Positions 23,783 through 31,594 of a DNA stretch of 45,720 bases are shown in pieces. A program made the translations under genes and the position numbers. The DNA comes from Eubacteriales bacterium. Its GTDB lineage: Bacteria > Bacillota > Clostridia > Oscillospirales > CAG-272. The notes under the pieces are model-generated. The model was given only the letters and a program-made list of their open reading frames with translations. It was not told the DNA's origin and ran no database searches. Within the stretch, counting starts at the first letter, position 1. The number at the start of each line of letters is the position of its first letter. The stretch covers positions 1 to 45,720 of the forward strand of contig JAZNOK010000135.1 in NCBI GenBank assembly GCA_045580775.1. The letters are read 5' to 3'.

Positions 23783-25066
23783 TTAGTGAATTACAGTTCC
23801 CTGCTTTGCCAATTCTCTTGCACTCACTTTTTCTTCCGGCTTGATCTCCCCTGCCTTTGTCAAAGCAACCTTGGTAAGGAACGGTCCGACCAACTCATAT
23901 ACAAGCACGGAGAAAAGTGTAATATTAGCTACCATGGCTCCGTCAGCTCCCAAAGCGGATGCTTTTATTGCCATACCCAAGGCAACTCCCGCCTGAGGGA
24001 AAAGAGTGATTCCGAGATACTTAACAATACTCGGCTGGCATTTTACAGCTTTGGCACTTAAATATGCTCCGAAATATTTTCCGAGGCAACGTGAAAGAAT
24101 ATAAACCACACCTATGATCACGATAATGTAATCCGCAAATACCGAAAGCTCAAGTTCGGCACCGCTGATAACAAAAAACAAAATGAACAAAGGAGATGTC
24201 CATCTGTCAACTCTCGCCATAAGTTCTTCCGAAAAATCGCAGAAATTGCAAAATACCGTGCCGAGCATCATGCATACAAGAAGAGAAGAAAATGCCACAT
24301 GTACTCCGAGTATTTCAAACTCAATCATTGACAAAGCAACTGTCAAAAGAACAAAAGTCACAGACATCGACAGACGCTTTGATCTTGAATGAAAGAACTT
24401 CTCGAAAAACGTAAAAAGCATCCCCATCAAAAAGCCGAGAACCAACGAACCGACAACCTCGATCAATGGCTCGATAATAACAGAGATAATATCGACAGCA
24501 CCGGATATCAGAGCTTTCGCTATTCCGAAAGAAACAGCAAAAAGTACAAGACCAACAGCATCGTCGAGTGCAACTATAGGCAATAGAATATCCGTGACAG
24601 GTCCTTTTGCCTTATATTGCTTTACTACCATAAGAGTAGCGGCAGGGGCGGTTGCAGAAGCAACGGCACCCAGCACTATAGCTGCAGGAAGAGGGAATTT
24701 TTCCGGAATCACAAAATGCAGTCCAATAAGTGCACAATCGACAAGTATGGTGGTTATGACTGCCTGAAATATACCTATAACAGTAGCCTGCTTTCCGATT
24801 TGCTTTAGCTGGGCAAGTCTAAACTCGTTACCTATAGAAAAAGCAATAAAGCCAAGAGCCACATCGGGAATTATAGAGTATGTTTCAATATCCTCCATGC
24901 TTATAAATCCAAGTCCGGGAATATTGAAAGCCCCCAGCAAATACGGACCTATAATAATACCCGCAACCAAATAGGCGGTTACAGCAGGAAGTTTCACTAC
25001 CTTCGCAAGTCTCGAAAGCATAAGCCCCGCAAACAATGCAACAGACAGACTCATTAGTGCTTGCAT
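23783..25066 (-). CDS. Cation:proton antiporter (Na+/H+ exchanger family), membrane domain only
   Basis: 427 aa with about 11-12 TM. N-terminal LPAVTAYLVAGIIIGPYLLG motif typical of the family. Confidence 0.8.
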   Translation of the reverse strand: MQALMSLSVALFAGLMLSRLAKVVKLPAVTAYLVAGIIIGPYLLGAFNIPGLGFISMEDIETYSIIPDVALGFIAFSIGNEFRLAQLKQIGKQATVIGIFQAVITTILVDCALIGLHFVIPEKFPLPAAIVLGAVASATAPAATLMVVKQYKAKGPVTDILLPIVALDDAVGLVLFAVSFGIAKALISGAVDIISVIIEPLIEVVGSLVLGFLMGMLFTFFEKFFHSRSKRLSMSVTFVLLTVALSMIEFEILGVHVAFSSLLVCMMLGTVFCNFCDFSEELMARVDRWTSPLFILFFVISGAELELSVFADYIIVIIGVVYILSRCLGKYFGAYLSAKAVKCQPSIVKYLGITLFPQAGVALGMAIKASALGADGAMVANITLFSVLVYELVGPFLTKVALTKAGEIKPEEKVSARELAKQGTVIH

Positions 25067-25196
25067 GATGATATCTCCTTAATAATACTCATTTTTTAAC
25101 CACATCATTGTATTACTTTAGGGAGTTTTTGTCAATGTAAAAAACAAATAAAAAAAGCAAAGCAGGAAAAGTGTTTATTGTAAATAAATGCACAAT

Positions 25197-25244
25197 AAAA
25201 AAACGTTTTGCGGTAACGTAATCCATATTCACGTTACCGCAAAA
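25197..25244 (-). terminator. Terminator of the ABC exporter operon
   Basis: TTTTGCGGTAACGT (25206-25219) pairs with ACGTTACCGCAAAA (25231-25244). The A-run at 25197-25203 gives the U-tract on the minus strand. Confidence 0.8.
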
Positions 25245-25253
25245 CTGCCGAGC

Positions 25254-27086
25254 TTAGTTTGTGTACCATTTTGCCTGTGAATTATACAATTCGCTGTAAT
25301 AACCACCTCGTGAAAGCAATTGACTGTGAGTTCCGTCCTCGACTATTTCTCCGTCTTTGAACACAAGTATTCTGTCAACAATTCCTGTAATACCAAGTCG
25401 GTGAGAAACCATGACGGTCGTTCTTCCTCCGGTAATGGGTGCAAAGTTCTTATAAATCTCCGCCTCGGCTATAGGGTCGAGTGCCGCTGTAGGTTCATCG
25501 AGCACCATTATCCTCGCTCTGTTTCTCCACAGAGCCCGTGTGATCGCAAGTTTCTGCCACTGACCGCCTGACAGGTCATTGCCCTTGCGTGAAAAATCTC
25601 CTATCTCTTCATCCAGTCTGTTCTTTTGCTCAGCCACGCAAGAGTCAAATCCGCTGAGGCGACACAGCTCCATTATCACTGCATCTTCATCGTCTTCTTT
25701 TCGTGTCGGATCTGACACGGTTATATTATGTCTTAAAGTAGCATCATACCGTCCGAAATTCTGAAAAACTGCCGAAACACTGCGTCTGGCAGAAGTCAGA
25801 TTTTCTTTTATATCGTGTCCGCCCACACATACCCTGCCGCTATCAGGCTCGTACATTCCGCACAGCAGATTGACAAAGGTGGTTTTGCCGCTTCCGTTCT
25901 CACCTACTATTGCTACTGTTTCTCCGTCTTTGATACTGACATTGATATTCTTTAATACAGGAGAGTCACATCCGGGATAAGTAAAGCTGACATTTTCAAA
26001 AGATATATCCCCATTATCATAAGGTTGGGCTTTGTCATCGTTTTGCTCACATTCCATCTCGTCGAGCGAGAAAAAATCATTCATGTAAGAAATATCACTC
26101 AAAAACAGGCCTCCTTGGATGAGCAAATTCGTGCTTGCAGTCTGAAACTGCTTGGCAAGTGAAGTCATCAGGGTAAAAGTACCGAGCCCCAGCAGCGGAT
26201 CTTGATATATCATATACGCACTAAATACAAGAACGCCTACATATACAATATTTCTTATCAAGTCAGCAAATCCGTTATACAAAACATGCTTAAGAGACAT
26301 CTTGTTTTTCTTTTCAGTGTAGTCATCACATATCTCACGCCACTTCATCTTTAGATAATCGTAAATACGAAAATGGCAGATGTCATTATGTGGATTATGC
26401 CTTGTCAGTATCTGCATGTAATGAATGACAAGTGCACCTTCCATCATATATTTGACATTGTGTACGTATGTCTCGTCTCTCTGCTTGTACGATAGCACTG
26501 CCGCAGGAATACTCGTCAAAAGAAGTATCAAGGATATCCATACATTTACCCGGCACACCAGAATAAGCACACTTATGAACGTCACTAACAGCTGTAACCA
26601 AGAAAGAATGCTCTGTATGCTCGATGCAACGCGATTGCCGGCATACGAATTTATAAACTGTATCTTTTGTGCAAATTCTCCGTTATTCTCGATATGCTCG
26701 TACTTGACCCTGCAAGTATGGTCTACGATATGCCGTATCAAAAATCTGTTAGTCCTGATACTGTCACACGCTCGGGCGTATGAAGATAAAAAGTTAAAAA
26801 GTACCGAAACGATATGCAGTAACATCATCACAAAAAACAGTCCTAAAACATAGGTCATGCTGTATTCTCCACCGGTTGCCATAGTCTGGATCTCGTTTGT
26901 AAATATTTTCAACAGAGAAGATATTGCGGCAGGAATCAATGCAAAAGCAAAACCTGCCAATGCTATGGCGAAAGTATAGGGAGTTTTGGTCTTTAGACTG
27001 ATACCGACGGCTTTTTTGATCACAACGAGCATTTCTCCGAATGCAAGTTTGTTTACGGTTTTAGTTTTTTCTTTACTCTCAGCCAT
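25254..27086 (-). CDS. ABC exporter, fused permease/ATPase half-transporter (subunit 2)
   Basis: Six-TM N-terminal domain. Walker A GENGSGKTT, signature LSGGQWQK, Walker B IMVLDEPTAALD. Confidence 0.85.
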   Translation of the reverse strand: MAESKEKTKTVNKLAFGEMLVVIKKAVGISLKTKTPYTFAIALAGFAFALIPAAISSLLKIFTNEIQTMATGGEYSMTYVLGLFFVMMLLHIVSVLFNFLSSYARACDSIRTNRFLIRHIVDHTCRVKYEHIENNGEFAQKIQFINSYAGNRVASSIQSILSWLQLLVTFISVLILVCRVNVWISLILLLTSIPAAVLSYKQRDETYVHNVKYMMEGALVIHYMQILTRHNPHNDICHFRIYDYLKMKWREICDDYTEKKNKMSLKHVLYNGFADLIRNIVYVGVLVFSAYMIYQDPLLGLGTFTLMTSLAKQFQTASTNLLIQGGLFLSDISYMNDFFSLDEMECEQNDDKAQPYDNGDISFENVSFTYPGCDSPVLKNINVSIKDGETVAIVGENGSGKTTFVNLLCGMYEPDSGRVCVGGHDIKENLTSARRSVSAVFQNFGRYDATLRHNITVSDPTRKEDDEDAVIMELCRLSGFDSCVAEQKNRLDEEIGDFSRKGNDLSGGQWQKLAITRALWRNRARIMVLDEPTAALDPIAEAEIYKNFAPITGGRTTVMVSHRLGITGIVDRILVFKDGEIVEDGTHSQLLSRGGYYSELYNSQAKWYTN

Positions 27087-28902
27087 TACTATTCACCTCC
27101 TCACTGTCATACCACTTCGCCTGTTCATTAAAAAACGAAGCATACACGCCTTTTTTTGCCATGAGCTCAGCATGGGTTCCGTCCTCAACCAGCTCACCGC
27201 CGTCTAAAACAAGTATTCTGTCAGCAAGTCTGGCAAAACCTACCCTATGTGATATCAACACAGAAGTACGGTCGCCAAGCCTGTTCTTGATCTCTGTAAA
27301 TTGCTCCATCTCTGCTATCGGGTCCAGTGCAGCTGCAGGCTCGTCAAATATCATAATAGGAGCTCTTGACATATGAGTACGAGAAACGCACACTCTCTGT
27401 TTTTCTCCGCCGGACAAGTTCACTCCGTCCGGACGGATATCCCTTCTAAGCCAGGTATCAAGACCCTTTGGAAGTTTTTTGATGATCTTCTCTGCTCCTC
27501 CTGCCTTTGCAGCTTCAAGAATCTTTTTTTCATTGTTGATCTCTTCAACGCAACCGTATCCAATGTTATCCGAAAGAGACGAATGAAATATAAAGCATTG
27601 CTGAAAGAATACACCTATCTGCTTTTTAATGTCGTCATATCTGTAGTCGGATATCGGATGTCCGTAAAACAGCACCTCGCCGCTCTGAGGTCTGTAGCTG
27701 TCCAGCATAAGAGAAGTCAGCGTTGTCTTTCCACTGCCGTTGTACCCCACCAGTGCAACATTCTCTCCCTTCTTTATCTTGAAGCTGACATTCTTCAGAA
27801 CCGGCTTCTCCGGGTCATAACCGAACGTTACGTTTTTAAACTCAAACACGGTATCAGAGCTGCAATCAAGCTCGATAGGATGCTCGTTGTCTCTCCTTTC
27901 CGGTGCACTAAAAAGCAGCTTACGCTGTCTTCCGAGTTCAAACAATGCCCAAGCTATTTCACCGAGAGCATCGTTTATTCCGGAAATTGCACCTGAAAGT
28001 GAAGTTGACAAAGAATAAACCATCAAGAACACATCCGCCCTCATTTCTCCTGCGGCTACGGAAAACAAGGATACAAGTATCAATGCCGACATTGCAACGT
28101 AAAACAACAAGCCGCTGACAAGAGGCTGAAGTCCCCTTTCTTTCTTCCTTTTTCTATCAAATTCTTCGATTGTTTGATATGCTTTGCTCCATTGTCTGAG
28201 AATATCATCTCTGGACTCGTATATCCTCACTTCTTTCGCAAGTCCGGGGTTTCTCGGCATTGTTTGGTAATATCTCGCTCTGTGCAGGGCTCTGTCATAT
28301 ATTTCATATTTGTCCTGCATTTTAGACTGAGCATAAAAATTATATATTACCGACAGCAATATGTACACAAGAGATATAGAAAATATAACCCAAGATACGG
28401 ATGCCGCAACAGTCAGCAGAGATACAACAGATACCAACCTACCCGTAACATACACTGTGCCTGTCATAAAGCTGTTTAATGTAGAGTACTTCATTGATGT
28501 AGACTGCATCTCGTCACGTACAGCTTTATCCAAAAGATATTCACGAGATATTTTGTACCTCTTTTCCATGAACTGCTCACCCATACCGTAATAATAGGTG
28601 TCGTACATCATCATGTAGATAAGATCACTGTTGATCCTCGATGAAAGTCCGTTGACAGCAATAAAGAGTCCGAGCAGCATAATACTGCCCAGAACATCCG
28701 AAAATTCTCCTACACCTGTTGCCAAATGATCGGACAGAATAGAAATTACATTTCTGTTCAGATACAGCACAACAGCAGGTAAAACAGATATTACGACGCT
28801 GACTGCAGTCCACAGAAGAAATACTTTTTTGTTGATCTTCCATGCAAGCTTAAGTGCGAACAGGGCTGACTGCAATTTGTCACTTTTGTTTTTTTCTTTC
28901 AT
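27079..28902 (-). CDS. ABC exporter, fused permease/ATPase half-transporter (subunit 1)
   Basis: RBS AAGGAGG before ATG 28902. Walker A GYNGSGKTT, signature LSGGEKQR, Walker B IMIFDEPAAALD. It overlaps the downstream gene by 8 nt. Confidence 0.85.
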   Translation of the reverse strand: MKEKNKSDKLQSALFALKLAWKINKKVFLLWTAVSVVISVLPAVVLYLNRNVISILSDHLATGVGEFSDVLGSIMLLGLFIAVNGLSSRINSDLIYMMMYDTYYYGMGEQFMEKRYKISREYLLDKAVRDEMQSTSMKYSTLNSFMTGTVYVTGRLVSVVSLLTVAASVSWVIFSISLVYILLSVIYNFYAQSKMQDKYEIYDRALHRARYYQTMPRNPGLAKEVRIYESRDDILRQWSKAYQTIEEFDRKRKKERGLQPLVSGLLFYVAMSALILVSLFSVAAGEMRADVFLMVYSLSTSLSGAISGINDALGEIAWALFELGRQRKLLFSAPERRDNEHPIELDCSSDTVFEFKNVTFGYDPEKPVLKNVSFKIKKGENVALVGYNGSGKTTLTSLMLDSYRPQSGEVLFYGHPISDYRYDDIKKQIGVFFQQCFIFHSSLSDNIGYGCVEEINNEKKILEAAKAGGAEKIIKKLPKGLDTWLRRDIRPDGVNLSGGEKQRVCVSRTHMSRAPIMIFDEPAAALDPIAEMEQFTEIKNRLGDRTSVLISHRVGFARLADRILVLDGGELVEDGTHAELMAKKGVYASFFNEQAKWYDSEEVNSNG

Positions 28903-29022
28903 TTTGCCTCCTTTTTCACAAGTAAATCGCGTCTCTGAGTCAACGGAACAAGAGACGTGCATGCTATTATCAAGCGATCGGGTGCCGTACTACTTTACAT
29001 AAGAACTGAGAAACGTAGGAAT

Positions 29023-29050
29023 ATTATATCATCCGCTTTTTTGTTGTCAA
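29023..29050 (-). promoter_or_regulatory. Promoter of the ABC exporter operon
   Basis: Minus strand: TTGACA (29050-29045), 16 nt, TGa-TATAAT (29031-29023). Confidence 0.65.
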
Positions 29051-29091
29051 TACAAATATCTGATAATTCGAGCTCATTCAACCAATCGGTG

Positions 29092-29138
29092 AAAAAGACC
29101 GTATGCAATTCCACGTCCGGTTGGAACAGCATACGGTC
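29092..29138 (-). terminator. Terminator of the aminotransferase gene
   Basis: GACCGTATGC (29097-29106) pairs with GCATACGGTC (29129-29138), with an inner TTCCA/TGGAA extension. The A-run at 29092-29096 gives the U-tract on the minus strand. Confidence 0.7.
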
Positions 29139-29146
29139 ACAAAAGA

Positions 29147-30424
29147 TTATTTGGTTGATAAAAGCTTCTCTGCACAAGCGAGCTTGACTGTGCAAACAAG
29201 GATCTTCATTGCAAGCTCCAATTCCTCAAGTGTCGGGTATGTCGGAGCAAGTCTGAGATTCGAATCCCGAGGATCCTTTCCGTAAGGATAGGTAGCTCCC
29301 ACACTGGTTAGAGTAACACCCGCTTCCTTCATATAATTGAATATAGCAGTCGCAGTTCCCTCCATCGTGTCAAGCGAAATGAAGTATCCGCCGTTAGGTT
29401 CATGCCACTGTGCTATACCAAGGCCGCCGAGCCCCTCGGAAAGTGCCTTCTCTGCTACCTCAAAATGAGGTCTGACGATCTCTGCCTGCTTTTTCATCAT
29501 ATCAAACAGACCTCTCGCATCACGAAGGAACTTCACGTGTCTTATCTGATTGAGCTTGTCATGTCCTATCGTCTGAGCACCCATGTGTGCTACTATCTCA
29601 TCATAGACCGGCTTTGAAGCACATACAAGAGATACACCGGCACCGGGGAAAGTAACCTTCGAGGTTGACGTAAAATACAGAAATCTGTCCTGAGTACCAT
29701 ACTTCTCCGCTATCATAAACACATCGGCAAGAGTATCAGGTGTATCATTAATATCATGGATGGCGTATGCGTTATCCCACACAACGGTAAAATCTGCGGC
29801 CGCTGTATGCATCTTGCACATACGTTCGACCACTTCATCAGAGAAAGTAATTCCGGTGGGATTAGAATACTTCGGAACACATATAAGTCCCTTTACACTC
29901 GCGTCCGAGCTTGCGATGCGTTCAACCTCATCCATATCAGGGCCGTCAGAATTGATATCAACATTGATCATCTCAATACCGAATGTCTCAAGAATTCTGA
30001 AATGCCTGTCATATCCCGGAACAGGGCAAATGAACTTTATCTTCTCATACTTCGACCAAGGTTTTGCACCTAATTTACCAAATATAAAGTAACGAGCTAT
30101 CGCATCATACATCAGATTGAGGCTGGAGTTACCGCCGATTATCATATTATCTGGACAAAGTCCGAGAGCATCGGCAAAAATACGCTTGATCTCGGGAATA
30201 CCTGTAACAATACCGTAATTACGGTAGTCACCGCCCTCACCTATATAGTCAGAACATGTCAAAGGATCTGTAAGCATGCCGTTTGAAAGATCAAGCTGTG
30301 CAGAGCACGGCTTTCCTCTCGAGAGATCAAGCTTTAAACCTTGTTGCTTGTATGACTGATATTCTTTTTTTAGATTCTCATACTCAGCCTTCAGTTCCAA
30401 GGCTGACATTTGTGAATATTCCAT
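29147..30424 (-). CDS. Class I/II PLP-dependent aminotransferase
   Basis: 425 aa. PLP-lysine context FTSTSKVTFPGAG. DNAY and NPTG blocks typical of fold-type I aminotransferases. Confidence 0.8.
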   Translation of the reverse strand: MEYSQMSALELKAEYENLKKEYQSYKQQGLKLDLSRGKPCSAQLDLSNGMLTDPLTCSDYIGEGGDYRNYGIVTGIPEIKRIFADALGLCPDNMIIGGNSSLNLMYDAIARYFIFGKLGAKPWSKYEKIKFICPVPGYDRHFRILETFGIEMINVDINSDGPDMDEVERIASSDASVKGLICVPKYSNPTGITFSDEVVERMCKMHTAAADFTVVWDNAYAIHDINDTPDTLADVFMIAEKYGTQDRFLYFTSTSKVTFPGAGVSLVCASKPVYDEIVAHMGAQTIGHDKLNQIRHVKFLRDARGLFDMMKKQAEIVRPHFEVAEKALSEGLGGLGIAQWHEPNGGYFISLDTMEGTATAIFNYMKEAGVTLTSVGATYPYGKDPRDSNLRLAPTYPTLEELELAMKILVCTVKLACAEKLLSTK

Positions 30425-30698
30425 TAGAGTATCTCCCTGAAAAACTTTGATATTCCTACTGTAAATATATGCTGAAAATAGGATATAGCAAATTAACCAA
30501 AAAAATGCAATTTATACCTTTTGTTTTTGTTTGTGCATTTTATTTTTACAGTTTCGCTATCAAAAATTGCAATTCTTATCCTATTATACACCAAAATTTG
30601 CAAAAATCAATAGCGAAAATGAATTTTTCGACGCAATTTTATGCAAAAAGTGTTTTTTCTTAAAAGAAATAAAAAATAAAAGTTTTTTTAAAAAAATG

Positions 30699-30727
30699 TT
30701 GACAAATCAAAAGTCACATGCTATAAT
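30699..30727 (+). promoter_or_regulatory. Consensus promoter of the tRNA operon, preceded by a long A/T-rich (UP-like) region
   Basis: TTGACA (30699-30704), 17 nt, TATAAT (30722-30727). Confidence 0.8.
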
Positions 30728-30760
30728 AATCAAGCGTTGCAAAAGCGACGTCCAAAATGT

Positions 30761-30837
30761 GGCTGAATAGCTCAGTTGGCTAGAGCAAACGGTTCATACC
30801 CGTTAGGTCGTGGGTTCGAGTCCAACTTCAGCCACCA
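30761..30837 (+). tRNA. tRNA-Met (anticodon CAT), elongator-like, CCA encoded
   Basis: Manual cloverleaf: acceptor GGCTGAA/TTCAGCC, D-arm GCTC..GAGC, anticodon stem AACGG/CCGTT with loop TTCATAC (CAT at 30795-30797), T-loop TTCGAGT. One G-A mismatch in the T-stem. Assignment as Ile2 (lysidine) is not formally excluded. Confidence 0.85.
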
Positions 30838-30839
30838 AC

Positions 30840-30914
30840 GGCCCGTTGGTCAAGCGGCTAAGACACGGCCCTTTCACGGCTGTAACATGGGTTCGATTCC
30901 CGTACGGGTCACCA
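30840..30914 (+). tRNA. tRNA-Glu (anticodon TTC), CCA encoded
   Basis: GGCCCGTTGGTCAAGCGG...CTTTCAC...GGTTCGATTCCCGTACGGGTCACCA. Near-identical in layout to the Firmicute tRNA-Glu(UUC). Anticodon at 30873-30875. Confidence 0.9.
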
Positions 30915-30918
30915 ACGG

Positions 30919-30955
30919 AAAAAAACAGACTTCGATTTCGAGGTCTGTTTTTTTG
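30919..30955 (+). terminator. Terminator of the tRNA operon
   Basis: CAGACTTCGA (30926-30935) pairs with TCGAGGTCTG (30938-30947, one G-U), followed by TTTTTTT. Confidence 0.8.
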
Positions 30956-31062
30956 TTGGTTCGGATATTACACAATTAGTTTTTGACGTTTCGCTCTTAC
31001 TGTAAATAAACAGAAATGGATAAGTGACAGAGCTATGAAAGTGCAAAAACGATTTTTCATTC

Positions 31063-31392
31063 TCATCTATAAAGCATACAAAGAATCAGATGATCGGACA
31101 GGCAAAACATTGCCGCCAAAATCATAGTTATGTACAATACAAAAAAGAGTTTGTTTGATATCATCCTTTTAGATATTACACAAAATAACGCCCAAATAAC
31201 AGCCGTAGATGCCGTCATGAAAACGCGAGTGAGGTCATTTGCATCAAATATACTTTCGCTGTGATGCGGCAGACCAAAAACATTCATAAATAACGATTGG
31301 ATCTTCATGTACATTGTCGATACCGCAAGCATGATAGGAATTGGCATAAACAACAATAATACACGCTTTATGACATATTTACATTTCATCAT
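31063..31392 (-). CDS. Hypothetical small membrane protein (~109 aa, 3 predicted TM)
   Basis: AGGA RBS 6 nt before ATG 31392. Hydrophobic segments VLLLFMPIPIMLAV, ASTAVIWALFCVI and LFFVLYITMILAAMFCL. No recognisable family. Confidence 0.45.
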   Translation of the reverse strand: MMKCKYVIKRVLLLFMPIPIMLAVSTMYMKIQSLFMNVFGLPHHSESIFDANDLTRVFMTASTAVIWALFCVISKRMISNKLFFVLYITMILAAMFCLSDHLILCMLYR

Positions 31393-31536
31393 ACCACATC
31401 CTTTCAATAAACATATCGTTTTTTCATCTGAAAGGTTACAGGATGAGACACATCAGTTTTGATCTGACCTTATCTATTTGACATGTTAATACTTTGTTTG
31501 TTACTGCTGATATGAGGGATGTTTTTTTATTTATTA

Positions 31537-31565
31537 TTGCATGAAAGCAATTATTCTGATATAAT
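31537..31565 (+). promoter_or_regulatory. Promoter of the helicase gene
   Basis: TTGCAT (31537-31542), 17 nt, TGa-TATAAT (31557-31565). A strong RBS GGAAGGAGGTG follows before ATG 31595. Confidence 0.7.
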
Positions 31566-31594
31566 GAATAATATCATGGGAAGGAGGTGCTATC

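Noticed and set aside
28957-29195. Two small overlapping ORFs (76 aa on plus, 66 aa on minus) between the aminotransferase and ABC genes, considered as a possible exported peptide for the ABC exporter.
   Set aside because: The segment is fully explained by the aminotransferase terminator hairpin (29097-29138) and the ABC operon promoter (29023-29050). There is no RBS and no leader-peptide-like features such as a double-glycine motif.
30469-30663. A small hydrophobic ORF (MQFIPFVFVCAFYFYSFAI...), considered as a possible type I toxin or small membrane peptide.
   Set aside because: There is no Shine-Dalgarno sequence before either ATG. It lies in a very AT-rich UP-like region upstream of the tRNA promoter, where Phe/Ile/Lys-rich ORFs arise by composition alone.
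30425-30760. Recurrent A-tract plus TGCAA boxes (TGCAA at 30506, 30568, 30599, 30642) upstream of the tRNA promoter, considered as regulator binding sites.
   Set aside because: The sequence is low-complexity AT-rich. The boxes are short and irregularly spaced, and I cannot distinguish them from chance without a conservation analysis.
30776-30979. A 67-aa ORF in the track.
   Set aside because: It is read straight through the tRNA-Met and tRNA-Glu genes and their terminator, so it is not a coding sequence.
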